Origin: Tubiluchus corallicola
Taxonomy: Eukaryota > Animalia > Priapulida
Direction of reading: 5' to 3'
Length of the DNA stretch: 64,000 bases
Assembly: GCA_030141605.1 (NCBI GenBank)
Contig: JAQGDQ010000181.1
Span: forward strand, 62,001 to 126,000
The translations under genes and the position numbers were made by a program. The notes beneath the pieces are model-generated. The model was not told the DNA's origin. It saw nothing but the letters and a program-made list of their open reading frames with translations, and searched no databases. Positions 12,357 to 25,258 of the stretch are shown here, one piece after another; the stretch's first letter is position 1; each line of letters starts with the position of its first letter.

Positions 12357-12580
12357 AAACAAAAGACACAGACAAGATTTATTTACTATTGCTCATTCTA
12401 GAACAACATTAGCTCTAATGGCTGCTTAACGACTTACACTTACAACAACACAGGTAGGGGCACAACACACAAATAATAACAACAAGTGGGATATATATTC
12501 TGGTGTTGGAAACCATTAGACTCGAATGCAAGATTGGCATGGTTGCAGTCCGAAATCTTAACCACCTGGCCACCCAACTC
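12357..12580 (-). mobile_element. tRNA-derived SINE copy
   Basis: Reverse complement aligns with 21671-21893: A box TGGCCAGGTGG, B-box-like TTCGAGTC, shared body and tgtc tail. Confidence 0.8.
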
Positions 12581-13004
12581 AGGAGGTAACATCTTACGTA
12601 AAAATACAGTAAAAGATCATTGATATACGCTAGGATGTAAACCGCTAGAAGATTAGTAAAAAAGGCATCAAGTGTGTAAAAAGTGTAAAAACTTCAAAAA
12701 CTAAAAGAACCTGTCCTACGATTACTAACGATGCATGATATTTATGTCACAGAAAACTTTTAAACCTAGCGTTTACCAAAACGCAATTTGTCGTTTGTCC
12801 AAAAAGTAATATTTATATTCATTTGTTATATAGGCTGCTACCATACTTTGTGTTGTACTGAGTTATGAACTTATGAGATAACATATGTATTAGAATTTTT
12901 ACGTATGCAAAGATCGTATGTAAACTAAAAAACAAAGGCTAAATAAAACAGCAATATCAGCAATATAACGTGTCTTAATAAATGTTAGGCTAAATAATAG
13001 TGTT

Positions 13005-13005
<1 letters not shown>

Positions 13006-13084
<79 letters not shown>
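13006..13084. repeat. (TAA)n microsatellite
   Basis: ~26 perfect units. Confidence 0.98.
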
Positions 13085-13085
<1 letters not shown>

Positions 13086-14515
13086 TTTTATTTTAAATTC
13101 TACTACTGAATTTGCTGATCAATACGAATTTCCTTGTTGCAGAATATTCGCATAAATTATCAGCATCCAGATTATTTTGAAAATAAATATGTTCCGTGCC
13201 AATGATGCAATCAAACAAATTACGCTTAAACAAAATTGATCACAAATAGACTTTGCATTGCCTCATTACCAACGCAACGGAGAATATCAATGATTCGCCA
13301 AGTTTTAAATTGCGAGAACCTGAACTCACGACAGTATCGTAAACCCGACACTAAACTGTTATTTCAGTTTTCAATGATGCATAAAAACAGATAATTATGC
13401 TCGTGCACGACGATTTCACTGCTGTTTACCTACTAGGATTAATATGTGAATAATTTAGGTAGTAATTACCACGGCAACGCTATTGGAAACGGCCAATTTG
13501 CCTTTTGAACGGTAATCAGAGAATGGCTAATTGGGGGGCCCCTGGCAGCTCGGATTTTGCAGAGACCATAGTTAAATCTCTACTAGCATTGCTTAAAATA
13601 TAAGCTGCAGCTATTTACTGAAATGATTCATTTAAAAAAATAATTGAAAAGGAAATGCATCACAGACAAAATCAATTTTAGTAAAAAAAAGGGTTAACTA
13701 CGTTTTTAGATAATTACTGCGTGCAGAATTTGTGAAATTTGTTACAAATACCATTAAATAAAATCTAACGAAAGTTAAAATAAAAAATTTAAACAAATTT
13801 AATTCTTTGTCTAAAATTGTGTCGTGTTTTGTAAATTTACTGTACCACATAAAATTTTGACTGCAAAGAATTAAAAAAAAAATCTATTAGCATTCATCAC
13901 CAAGATTCTGTCAGTTCGAACCAATAATGAATTTTAAAATTTGTAAAAAATGGAATCCAAATAATATTGCAGCAATCCGATCCAAATTTACCTAAGTTGC
14001 ATATACAATGCGATCTGAATAATATTTGAAGCTGATCTGATAATTTCTGGTACATATATACATGATGCATAGGCTTATATAGCATATTTCATTTACATAC
14101 CAACAAAACTAAGTACCACCCCTGTTATGCAAAACACAATTTATTCCCCATTATCCTGAAACTTCCATGTTTGAAATCTTGTTTGGGCAGGTTTGAATTC
14201 ACGTTGTATTAAAGGTGATTCAAAATCAATTAAGCCGAAGAAACCAACACTTTTATTACAGTCATCACTGCTATAAGTATAAACATCATCATCGTCGTCG
14301 TCGTCATCATCATCATCATCACTGTGACCATTAAAAGTATGCACATAGTTTCAGATTTTGAACAAAATACTTGAAAAAACATTGGCTACAAGACGTATTC
14401 TAACCGCCAAACATCAGATAGCTAATCAGAAATATAATTTTACAAGCCTCATTTTAGAAAAGAAATCTATAAATTAATTAAAACGTAGACGCTTTAACTC
14501 TTGATTACATATTAC

Positions 14516-14686
14516 CTCTTTCTCTTTAGCCGCTAACTCCACCTCCAGGCTGGACCGGGTAAGAATATCAATTGTCTGCTCCATGTCAGGCGCTTTCTGG
14601 ATTTTGTCAGCAAGCTGGAGATTCTGATTGGCTGCTAGCAGCTGTTCTCGTAATTGTCCTGCCTCCCTCTCAGCTGCGGCTGACCT
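14516..14686 (-). CDS. CUX1: CUX/CASP coiled-coil exon
   Basis: ttgtgcag|AGG...GAG|gtaata; [29 protein letters not shown] is very close to CUX1. Confidence 0.95.
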
Positions 14687-15431
14687 CTGCACAACAGATG
14701 CAACAATGATATCACCACAGGCACTGAACATCAGCTAATGATGATACTACCGAAGATGTCTACTCTTCATTACACTCAGTACACAACTTCGCATGTTACT
14801 TAATAGTAAACAGCAACATAAAAAGGCAAATGGTTTTATATTATCGCAACATTATCACAATCAAATACAGGTAACTTTACCATCATTGGAGTTGATCTAT
14901 CATTCTTAGCTTACTACCTTGAGGTTATCTCAAATTGTCTTCGTCTATTCAAAATTAAGGCAATTGAACAAATGCATGAAATTCAGTATCTGTACTTTTA
15001 CATAAAAATTTGATAGTTACTTCTGCTAGGTGTTACTTGAGGCATCAGACAAAACAGTTGATTATTTATATCATAAATAATTATGCCCTGCATCTGTGAA
15101 ACTAACGCCAGGTAAAAAACTTGAGCCTGGGTATTTTGATAAATTTTCAAGTTTCAGATTAAGCTAGTCGAATTGTACTCATTCTCCTAAAAAATTATTG
15201 AATTAACTCTTTTGAGTAAAGAGATCAAAAACACCGATTAATACTCGGTAGAACGAGAAAAAGATAAACCGAGTCCGAAACTTCTGTCTAAACAGAAACT
15301 TGCATCCGTTAGAAAAAGGGTGACCAAAACCGAGTCTGAACCGATCACAATCAGAGTAAACTCGACATGATAAGATGTGAGAAATGGGTAAACAAGTTTA
15401 AAATCAGTAGCAAACACAATTTGGTTCCTAC

Positions 15432-15480
15432 CTGGTTGGCTCTCTCCAGATCAGTCATGATCATTTCAACTTCATCAGAT
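15432..15480 (-). CDS. CUX1: CUX/CASP 49-nt exon (not in ORF track)
   Basis: ttttcag|A...CAG|gtagga; SDEVEMIMTDLERANQ. Confidence 0.95.
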
Positions 15481-16760
15481 CTGAAAAAAAGAAATGTGAA
15501 AATGAATACAAGCTAGAAATATCAAAACAACTAAATACATCACATCCACAAAAATATTTTAAGATAACCTACACAAGTAAAAAGAAATAATTCTTCAAAA
15601 AAAAGCTGTGATAAGTCATGTCAGGGGAATGAGCTTCTTAGTTTTTGAACAGAATAAACTTGAACAAATATAAGTTTTCCTGCATAATCGGGAATTTTGC
15701 AGGGTGAAGACAAAATAAAGCAAAATTCCAAAAGTTGAAAACTAGAGAATGCGAGAAACATTAGGAGACATCAATGGGAGAAAACTATTCAATTAGTAAC
15801 ACAATTATCACCCTAATACTGATAGCATCTCGTGTGGGACGGATGCGTGAAACGAAATTTAACCACTGATTTTAGTTGAAAAGAAAACTCTTTTCACCCA
15901 CAGACTAATCGTTACCTGATACAAGGATAAATAAGATTTTTTGCTTACGCATCTTGTAATAAATACACGAAATCCTTTCAAACACGTAATGCAACTTGGC
16001 CGAAGAGAAGAGACAAAAGCGGGCAAGGGTTCGATTTACAATTCGCAAATGAAACCATTTCAAAGGAGGTGACTAAGTGGGTATTTTACAGAAGTAACAG
16101 AAGCACTCGCAACAAAAGTTTGACACGGAAGGTGCAATGTCGCTTCGTTAGCTTCGATTGTTAATTGGCATGCATCTGCAGGTGAACCAGCATGTCACTG
16201 ATGAACTATATTATTCAATCAATAAGCCAAAATGACCAAAATTTAGGTTCTGATAAAGAAAATTGATTTCTTTTAGGTTGTGATGCTTAAAACTTTGATA
16301 GCAACAATTCACGTGAGCACTGTTAAAAAATATAACAGCAAAATTTTCAAAAAACAAATGCCAACTAGCAAAACATCAGCTAGTAAGGCATCTGCGCTAT
16401 GATCTATTTTCCTCTCTATCGACCAGAAATCTACTTTCTCTCATACTAAACTAACCAATCCGTTTTTTCAACTGACATAACATCGAGTCGGTACACATTT
16501 GCAACAATAAAATGATAATTACATAGTCACAAAATCGTAATCATGTTATACACGAATAAAATGCATAATAGTGAAAAGAGCGGGTGAATGTTTGTTTAAG
16601 ATTTTTAGGTATGAATACCTGTCACAACCGATAAATATCACGTTTATTTCTTCATTAGCTGATTAGCAGAAACAGCGGTTAACGTGTTTGTATTGGCTCC
16701 ATTCAATTTATGCAATAATGCCCATGGAAAGATGTGGGCTGCATCTGTCAGGGAAACATG

Positions 16761-16994
16761 TTTCAATTTCATTTAAATCTATCCATTGTGAACTATTACC
16801 GGTTCATGGCTATTACGTATGTATTTGTGTATGTGTGTACGTATGTATGTATTTTTGTATGTATGCATGCATGCATGCATTTCAAATTCATTTAAGCCTA
16901 TCATAGTAATATGAACTATTACTGGTTCCTGACTATTACGTATGTATATATGTATGCATGTATGCATGTATGTATATGTATGTATGCATGTATG

Positions 16995-17026
<32 letters not shown>

Positions 17027-17355
17027 TGTATGTATGTATGTATGTATGTATGTATGTATGTATGTATGTATGTATGTATGTATGTATGTATGTATGTATG
17101 TATGTATGTATGTATGTATGTATGTATGTATGTATGTATGTATGTATGTATGTATGTATGTATGTATGTATGTATGTATGTATGTATGTATGTATGTATG
17201 TATGTATGTATGTATGTATGTATGTATGTATGTATGTATGTATGTATGTATGTATGCATTTCAATTTCATTCAAACCTATCCATTATGAACTATTACCAG
17301 TTCCTGACTATTACATATGTATGTAAGTATGTCTGCATGCATGTATGTATGCAAT
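16761..17355. repeat. Compound tandem repeat: three ~55-60 bp units each followed by (TATG)n; long pure tract ~16997-17255
   Basis: The unit tttcaa(a/t)ttcatt..aa.ctat...tgaactattac..gttc.tg.ctattac occurs at 16761, 16880 and 17259. Confidence 0.95.
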
Positions 17356-18816
17356 TTATTGACTAACAAAATTATAATAACATTACAAAGTGCAGAGTAG
17401 ATATCAGAAATTATCCCATAACAAGGCATGTTCCTTACTGCTACATCAGTGACTTCACTAAAATGCAATAAAAAAACTTTTATCAAAATGAAATGCAAGT
17501 AGTATTACAGGCAGCAGTATTACATAACACAAGTGCAAAATAGTTTTCTTATATCTAACTATAGGCGTTCAGGGCAATAATAACAAACATTTATGTACAT
17601 ATTCAACTTGTTTACAAGTATCATTACGTGCAAAATATAGATGTTAGCGATGACGTGTCGATGTTAGAATATCTAGGTAACTGTCTAAGATGAGCGGTTA
17701 TAGGACTCACACACAGAGTACATGCCTCTCAATTTGTACCTCACAAAACAACTTTTATTACTTTAAAGGGCTCTTATTTCTCTAATATCCATGAAGATAA
17801 TAGCGGCAACTGGACTTTGCTCTAGCCCCTGCTCATTGTGCTCACCCCTGCCCTTATAAGAACTGATCAATCCTCCCCGATGTCTACTGATAGACAAATT
17901 TGCCAGGGATCAACAAATATCGTGCTGCATCGACTATTTGTTGCAAAAATATTGCATGAGGTGGCTGATATTTGTGATTCGATCAATTTAGCACGTGCTT
18001 TCAATAGATACAATACCGTGCCGTCGTCTGCAATAATCGATCTTCCAGGCATATTCAGTAGATCAAGCAAATTCCAAGAGAAATGAGATGAAAGAAAAGA
18101 CCCAGACCAAGAGAATCACAAAACGTATTTCACATTGAAACTAAAACTACAAGTGCAGTTAACAAATAGCCACAAGATAAATCATACAGATGGATTAAAA
18201 TGGTAAATATATTCGAGTTAGTCAAGAAATGCTGATTGCTGAATCCCAGACTGACTTACAATGGTGCTCATTGGTCAAAGTTTGGTCAACTAGAGTAACT
18301 TACACAGAGGAATGCTGGTCATCGAGTTGTCAATTCCAGTTAATTTACAATGTGAAATTGTGACCAAAGAGTGGTCAGTCTACATTAATAGGAAGTCCAA
18401 GTACTAGCATTTGGTTGAAAAGATGTTTAGCATGTTCTGGTTTCACAAAATATCGAAACTGAAATGACGATTAGCGAAACACGTGTCATTCATGTATATT
18501 TTGTAAGTTCTTTTGAAGTATGTATATTTTCTGTTGAGTAATTTTCTGTATTTTTTACTAGCCACGTATCTTCTTTACTGTGTGAATCATTATTATTAGC
18601 AATATGCAAATTCAGACAGCGGGCAGGATGAATCTTTCCACAATTTCAAATGTCGTGAAATATACAACATAATTTTGTCTAATAAATAGTTTTAACACCA
18701 GTACTATAGATAATGAGCAATATTGTGAAAAACAACAGCAACAACAACAAAAAGCGTATAAGTTAAACAACAACGCAATTCAAAATTCATTTAAACATAA
18801 AAAATGATCTACTTAC

Positions 18817-18883
18817 TTGGCATGACTGACTTCGTCAAATTTAGATTTCAGTTCGAACAGCTCTGACTGAGTGTTGTCTAAGG
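18817..18883 (-). CDS. CUX1: CUX/CASP 67-nt exon
   Basis: tcttgcag|CC...GCCAA|gtaagt; ALDNTQSELFELKSKFDEVSHAK. Confidence 0.94.
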
Positions 18884-18911
18884 CTGCAAGATAAAACAAA
18901 AACGTTAAGTT

Positions 18912-19101
18912 GAGAGGGTACTGAGAGAGAATGGGGAGAGGAGGAGAGGGGAGGGAGAGAGAAAGATATAAAGAGTGGTAGGGAGAGAAAAGGAAGACCG
19001 AAGGGAGAGAAAGGGAGAAAGAATGGACGACGGACGGGAGGAAGGGAAGGAAAGACAAAGAGAAAGAGAGAGAGACAAAGACAGAAAGAGAAGAGAGAAA
19101 G

Positions 19102-19144
<43 letters not shown>

Positions 19145-19146
19145 AA
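18912..19146. repeat. Polypurine tract with (TA)n(GA)n microsatellite
   Basis: GA-rich low-complexity DNA; pyrimidine-rich on the pre-mRNA strand, just upstream of the 18883 acceptor. Confidence 0.9.
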
Positions 19147-21402
19147 CTGAAGAAGTCCACAAGGAGAAACTATGATTTTTGCCCAACTAAACACGGTGGT
19201 GGAAAAAAGCCTGAAATAGGCAACAATATGGCCTTAGCGACGCCAGTGGAAAGTGGCAACCATAAAAAAACATTATAGTAACAAATCAGTGCCATCACAG
19301 GACCTCATCATCACTCATAGTACTGTCACAGTGGCACATATCCCTATCATAACCATCATTAATGAACATCTTGGCGACATCTAAGTTTCAAGATCAACTA
19401 GCAGAAAATAATGAAACGATATTCGCAAGACCTTGTTGAGTAAAAGGGCAGAGATGTGCAAAATGACGAATAACTACATATACATACAATAATTACTCAA
19501 ACAAACAATAATTACTCAAACACTCTATCAACTGCCTTAAAACTTGTTATTTTTCTACAACCAAGCTTGGCCTGGTGGGACACACAATAGGAGACATTGG
19601 TGCATTTTGTAACGATAATATATATAATAAGGACACTGAGAGCAATGATATAGTGATAATACAATATAGATATATCCTCACAATGATATAGTGATCTTAT
19701 GCCAACAACACATCACCATCATTCAAAGTTAATGGTGTGAGTGGCACCTTAGATCACGCCGCATACATCCAATACCCATTGATTAATTAACGTAGGATTC
19801 ACCCATTTTAAGGAGAATGGGTGTCGAATGTAGAATTAGCACCTTGGTTATGATACAGGTATGGGCACCAAATTCAGTTTGGATGAAAATTCTACGTTAG
19901 ACCTTACATCATTAGTTATACCTTTACATGAGAATTTATAGAGCCAATGGTGATGAAGATGATTTAAATGAATAAATTATTATTATAAATGAATCAATGT
20001 GATTTCGTTGTTAATTAAAGTATACAAGTTACTACAAGTACAACTTAGTCGGATCAAGTGGTTTCAGAATTTCAAAAATGAGTGGTTTAACATTAAAATC
20101 AGTCAATTCTGAAGTATGAAGAACAGCTGATTTGTTACGGTGTGTATTTGATCGTGATAGTTAAGCAGTGTCGAATGTGATAAGTGCGTGGATAGATGAA
20201 AAAAACTGTTTTTGCTATTTACTTTTGTTGTCTATTTTAGGACGTAAAAATTTTAGGAATGTAACACACCAGAATTGGTAAAGCAAGAATCTGCACTTTT
20301 TTGGGAAAAAAAATCTGTAATTCATGCAATGGATATCGCTAACAGATGTCGCTATCAAATGCACATGCAAAAAATTTCCACATTTTGTTGGCAAGTTTTG
20401 TGGTCGTTCCACGAAAGTTATAAATGTGTCACTAACCCTCTTTCATATAAGTACTATTTTTTCTTGTCTGTAACTGGTGCATAAAAAACTTAAAATTTGA
20501 CAGCACGGCTGTAAAGCATAGACGATTACTGAGCAATAAGATATTAAATTTAGCAGTATACTCAAAACTATATTAAATTTGGTCCACTGAAAAAAGTAAT
20601 TTATTGATTTGTTGATCGTGTTTCTGCTTTTCATAATGGCGGACTGGACTGTGTGTTTTCTTTTCGTTATTGTGGCATTTTTTTAATAATTGTAGCTATT
20701 TTATGATTAAGAACATCTCACTTACAACCGCTACCGGCGCAGAAGACTTCCACGGCAGCTATACTCATAATCGAACACTCTCAGGTGAGATGTCACAATA
20801 TCCGCTGCTTCATCAATTTAAGGACGACACTGCTCATACAATATGGTTGACAATATTTCATAGACCACAATGGCAAGTCATTAATAACTGATCGGGTGAC
20901 ATTATCCGTTTGTTGAGGTCAAGGAAGGTGTATAAGGGATGATAAACGAACACAACACGATGCTGGGATTGCTGGCTACCATTGTGTCTTCACAGGATGG
21001 CTCTGCCAAAGCCACATTATCTATTTCCAGTGCGATGAAAAATTATTTCGTAATAATACACACTCAGAACCAAATCAACCATTTAAGTCAAACTATTGCA
21101 CTAATAATGCAGCAGAAAACAGGTGTATAAAGAGTGTCTCAATTCAGAAGCGTCTGAAAAGTTAAAAACTTATATGATGTTGATGACGACGACGAGAACG
21201 ATGATGATGACGGTGATAAATGCTATATACTAATCAAGAAAATCGAATAGAATCGAAGTGTATTTATCAGAAAAAATAAATAACTACACCAGCACTGACC
21301 CCAAGCGAATTCGCTGGGGCAGATTTTTTTTCTTAACAGTATTAAAAAATCGAAGAAATTACGTAAAAAATGTCAGAGCATCATTATAAACTTTTTGCTA
21401 AA

Positions 21403-21501
21403 ATAATTGAGAATTTAGAAAACTATTTATTGGCCTATCGTACACTTTGACATAATTGAGAATTTAGAAAACTATTTATTGGTCTATCGTACACTTTGAC
21501 A
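21403..21501. repeat. 49-bp tandem duplication
   Basis: ataattgagaatttagaaaactatttattgg(c/t)ctatcgtacactttgac x2. Confidence 0.95.
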
Positions 21502-21670
21502 CACTACTAACATGACAGTTACCAACACAAGAGCACGAACTGAAAATTAAACAGACTGTTGTAAAGAACTATAAGACTGTAGCTTTGATCACCACCAAAC
21601 AAACAGGTAATTTACACGTACAAAAAAGTTAATAGAAAACACATATATAATTCATTGCTTCGGCAATTCC

Positions 21671-21893
21671 GGGTTGGGCGGCTGAGTGGTCTAGATTTTG
21701 AATTGCAACCACGCAGTCTTGAGTTCGAGACTAACGGCTGCCAATGCCAGGGCATATACCCTACATGTTATTCGTTGTGTTGTGTGTGGCGTCCTTACCT
21801 GTATTGTTGTAAGACATAAGTCGCTAAATAGCCGTCAGTGCTAATGTTTCTGTTAAACGAGTGACGGTAAATTAATTTTGTCCTTTGTCTTTT
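21671..21893 (+). mobile_element. tRNA-derived SINE copy (most intact)
   Basis: Pol III A box GGCTGAGTGG, B box GAGTTCGAGAC, simple (tgtc/ttt) tail; homologous to three other copies in the window. Confidence 0.82.
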
Positions 21894-22889
21894 GGCACAG
21901 TAAAAAAATACAAAACACAAGAAAAAAGAGGAACGTACAGACTATTACACGACAGCTAAACCGGGATTCACATCGAAATATTAATTTATCGATGATAAGC
22001 TCATTACAGGCGTTAATTCGCTGAATTTTGTTAACCTTTGTGATCTGTGAAGCCGACCTTTGAATTGGAATTTGTTTTTGTAGCTTTGTGCAGTGGAGCG
22101 TGTAATGACCATGAAGCCGCCAGGTTTGTAAACACTGTGATCTATAATAACTATTATCTACTAAACAAGCTGTACGAAATTGACTATTTGATCCATAATT
22201 GGGCGACCGTCACGAGCAATAACGGATGTGCGACGGTTAATTAGTTGGAACCAAAGTCGATGCGGCGCGGCTTTTGATGTAGTTGGCCGGAAGGAGAGTT
22301 TTTGCCTGTTTCCTTTACTTCCGGCAAAGCTCAAAATTGAGATTGATATTTTGCTTATTAGCAACATGCAGAAGTGCAATCTTGTATCCAAGTCGCTAGA
22401 ATATTGGTCCAAAGACTTTGAAAAGTAGTTTAGGCCAAAGATGTTGAACCCGACAACATCAGACCTTAACAGTTTCAAGTACTAAAAGTAAATAAATAAG
22501 TAAGCATTGAAATAAATAAGCAAGTTAACAGATTAATAAATAGCAGTCCCCACCTAGAGACATGCAGTAGAAAGATCTTTATCAGGTCCCAACATCGTTC
22601 CAATTATTTAGTTCATGATCGTTTCAGTGTTTAATTTTTAAGCAATCTCTAAAATATTTTTTACTCTGCAAAATACTTAACACGCCCGTTTCTAGCGCAC
22701 ATTTTTGGTTCGATCCACCTTGAGTGCCCAGATCAAAATGATCAAGTCGCTCAAATCAGCTGCAACGTATCGACCAGGTGCAAATGGTGTGCTATAACCG
22801 ACAAATATATATTTACCTAATGAGCCAATAATTGTAGAATCTGGCAAACATTGATTAAGCGATGAAAGAAAACGGCGACACAATGTAAA

Positions 22890-23003
22890 GAGGGCCTCGG
22901 AGAGGAGAGGAACACCAAGACTTTGACACATGGGGTAGAGGGCCTCGGAGAGGGGGTAGAGGGCCTCGGAGAGGAACACCAAGACTTTGACACATGGGGT
23001 AGA
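22890..23003. repeat. Short tandem/nested duplication
   Basis: agagggcctcggagagg x3 and gaacaccaagactttgacacatggggtag x2. Confidence 0.9.
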
Positions 23004-25157
23004 CGAATGAAGAACTCGCTCTTTAAGTGTTTGGTGAAGAGGAAACGGAGCTCTTTGCTCATATGAGGGTCTGGTAATAAAAAAACTGGATTATACATAA
23101 AATTTCCGTAGGATGGACATATTCTTATACAATGTAAAAAAGCTTTGACTGACGAAAGCGGGCAAATCTTTCTACAACGGCAAAAAGAGTTAAGAAACAA
23201 CAGCAGGAGTAAGCTATTCACCACAGAAAGGAGAATGTTTGGAAAAAAGGAAAGGAAATACAATTGTCACCACTCAATTTGGGGAGAATTTTGAAGGAAT
23301 GGGGACAACAAGTTCATTACCATAGTGAAGAGAAGGATTTTGATTTATGAAGCGAAAATCACTATTACTATTGCAATATGTTTTTGTATATTAAATGAAC
23401 AAACTATTTTACAAACAAAACCTACCTACCTTTGAAGTTCTTCAGAATCAATCATTACAATTAATATACAAAAAAAACAAAGAAAAAATGCCTACAATAA
23501 AACAGGAAAAAAGATCTAACGAAAGTACGTAAGTTCTGGCGAAATAAGAGCCGGATAGAAGCAAATCTTTGCTGGGTACAACTATATATTAGAAATGAAT
23601 ATTCGGGGCTACCTCGTGATGGAGCCTTAGAGATCAATTTAGGTGAAAATCAGAAAGCCCAAACTTATCAAGCGATAGACAGCTGACAAATAATTCTTGA
23701 TTCACAGTCTTAGTTGGCCAGAATACATGCACCATTCACGTGAACTAACAAGTAAAATTTAGACTAACTGGTACATCAATCAATCTTCTTTTCAAAAGCA
23801 CTCGCAGTAAGCACTTTATTTAACTAAACAATCACCAGGGGTATAAGTTCCGTGTGGTTTTGAGAAATTACAGGTGACACTGTGACAAATGATGACAATG
23901 TTCATCTCTCTGGGATGGAGTGACTCCAGCTTATGTATCACCCCGATGAAGATGCCGCAAAGAACACCTTCAATTAAAGTCATTACCATCATTGTACACT
24001 GTATTGCGGTGCCAATGTTACAATGCACAAGTCCAAGAACAAGCAAAGTTGTAAAACTAACAATGTTTTACCCCCGCCACAAATGGCTCCATCTGTTCGT
24101 AGATCCACCCTTTAATAGATCGGTTTTCTATTCGGATTCCGGAGCATTTAAATATTCAAGCGCCCGGGAATTGTCGAGAGGGCTGTTGACGAATGATCGC
24201 GCCCGAACAATCCGGAATTCATGAAATATGCAAAAATGACGGACGAACTTTCCCGGCAGTTTAATGGCCGAGCTGACAGGTAATGGTTGATCCGCAATTC
24301 AACTGCCATCTATCGGGAATTAGCCGCTAACATTTGCATACAATTTTATCTATTATGGCAAACAGTGGCTAATATTCTGCCTATTCATTTGTACGCATTA
24401 GCTTTTAAACTGACATGATTGCCATACTGGCTGAACAATGGGATTGCAGAGAATGCAAGGAGTTTGAGAGCTAAATATTTTATTTATCTTGGTGAAACAT
24501 ACACTCATTAGAGACCAGTAAGTATTAGTATTACACGCACTTTTACATGTACTATAAATACCGGAAAACAGACTTAAATGACAAATTTACACTCTCTGTG
24601 TTAAGTGACTTATATATGTATACGCTAATGGCAATTTTGTATTCTGTTATATTATATAATTTAGTTGCAAACCCGTTTAAAGCGATTTCAATGTTGTGAG
24701 GGGTGCTCTACTTGACAAATGATGCACATACCCCGAGTTCTTGAACACACGCTATTCTCCACATAAGGAAGCATGTTTACTCAAAGAAATGTTAGTGAAA
24801 GACCTGAAAAACAATAGATTCGTTTGCCGAGAGAGCGCAGGGCCACAAAGCTTTCTAGCCACTTGGTTTTAAAGCTTTCTAGCCACATGGTACTTGGTTT
24901 TAAAGATGTAACTTGAAAGTTACTGTTGTAGTTTCCTGTATAAGTGCATTTTAAGATAACATAATTAAGAATCTAATATGTAGGTATGTCAATCAGTTTG
25001 TTCAACTAGTGACTCGTTACAGCTATTTTGATATAGGGAACACTGGTCACGATACCTACTGCACTTAAGCGGACAAATCAGTCTTCGGATTTCACAATTC
25101 CAATTGTCACTCAAAATTTCAAGTTTTTTTAAGTTCTTCTGTTAGTTCCTATGTGCA

Positions 25158-25258
25158 TTAGTATAGTTTTTTATTAGTATATAGTCATGCTATAGTTTTT
25201 TTATTAGTATATAGTCATGTTATAGTTTTTTATTAGTACATAGTCATGCTATTAGTAT
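25158..25258. repeat. ~29-30 bp tandem repeat x3
   Basis: tatagttttttattagtatatagtcatg units. Confidence 0.9.

Noticed and set aside
14141-14344. Poly-Asp ORF
   Set aside because: Intronic (GAT/GAC)n repeat; the exon chain is complete without it.
16779-17366. HTYI/MYVC repeat ORFs
   Set aside because: Translations of (TATG)n.
19147-19180. Hammerhead-like CTGAAGAAGTCCACAAGGAGAAAC
   Set aside because: Lacks the C before GAAA, stems I and III are unconvincing, and it abuts low-complexity GA sequence.
21671-21750. tRNA gene
   Set aside because: No acceptor stem or clean cloverleaf, and it continues into a body shared with other copies: a SINE head.
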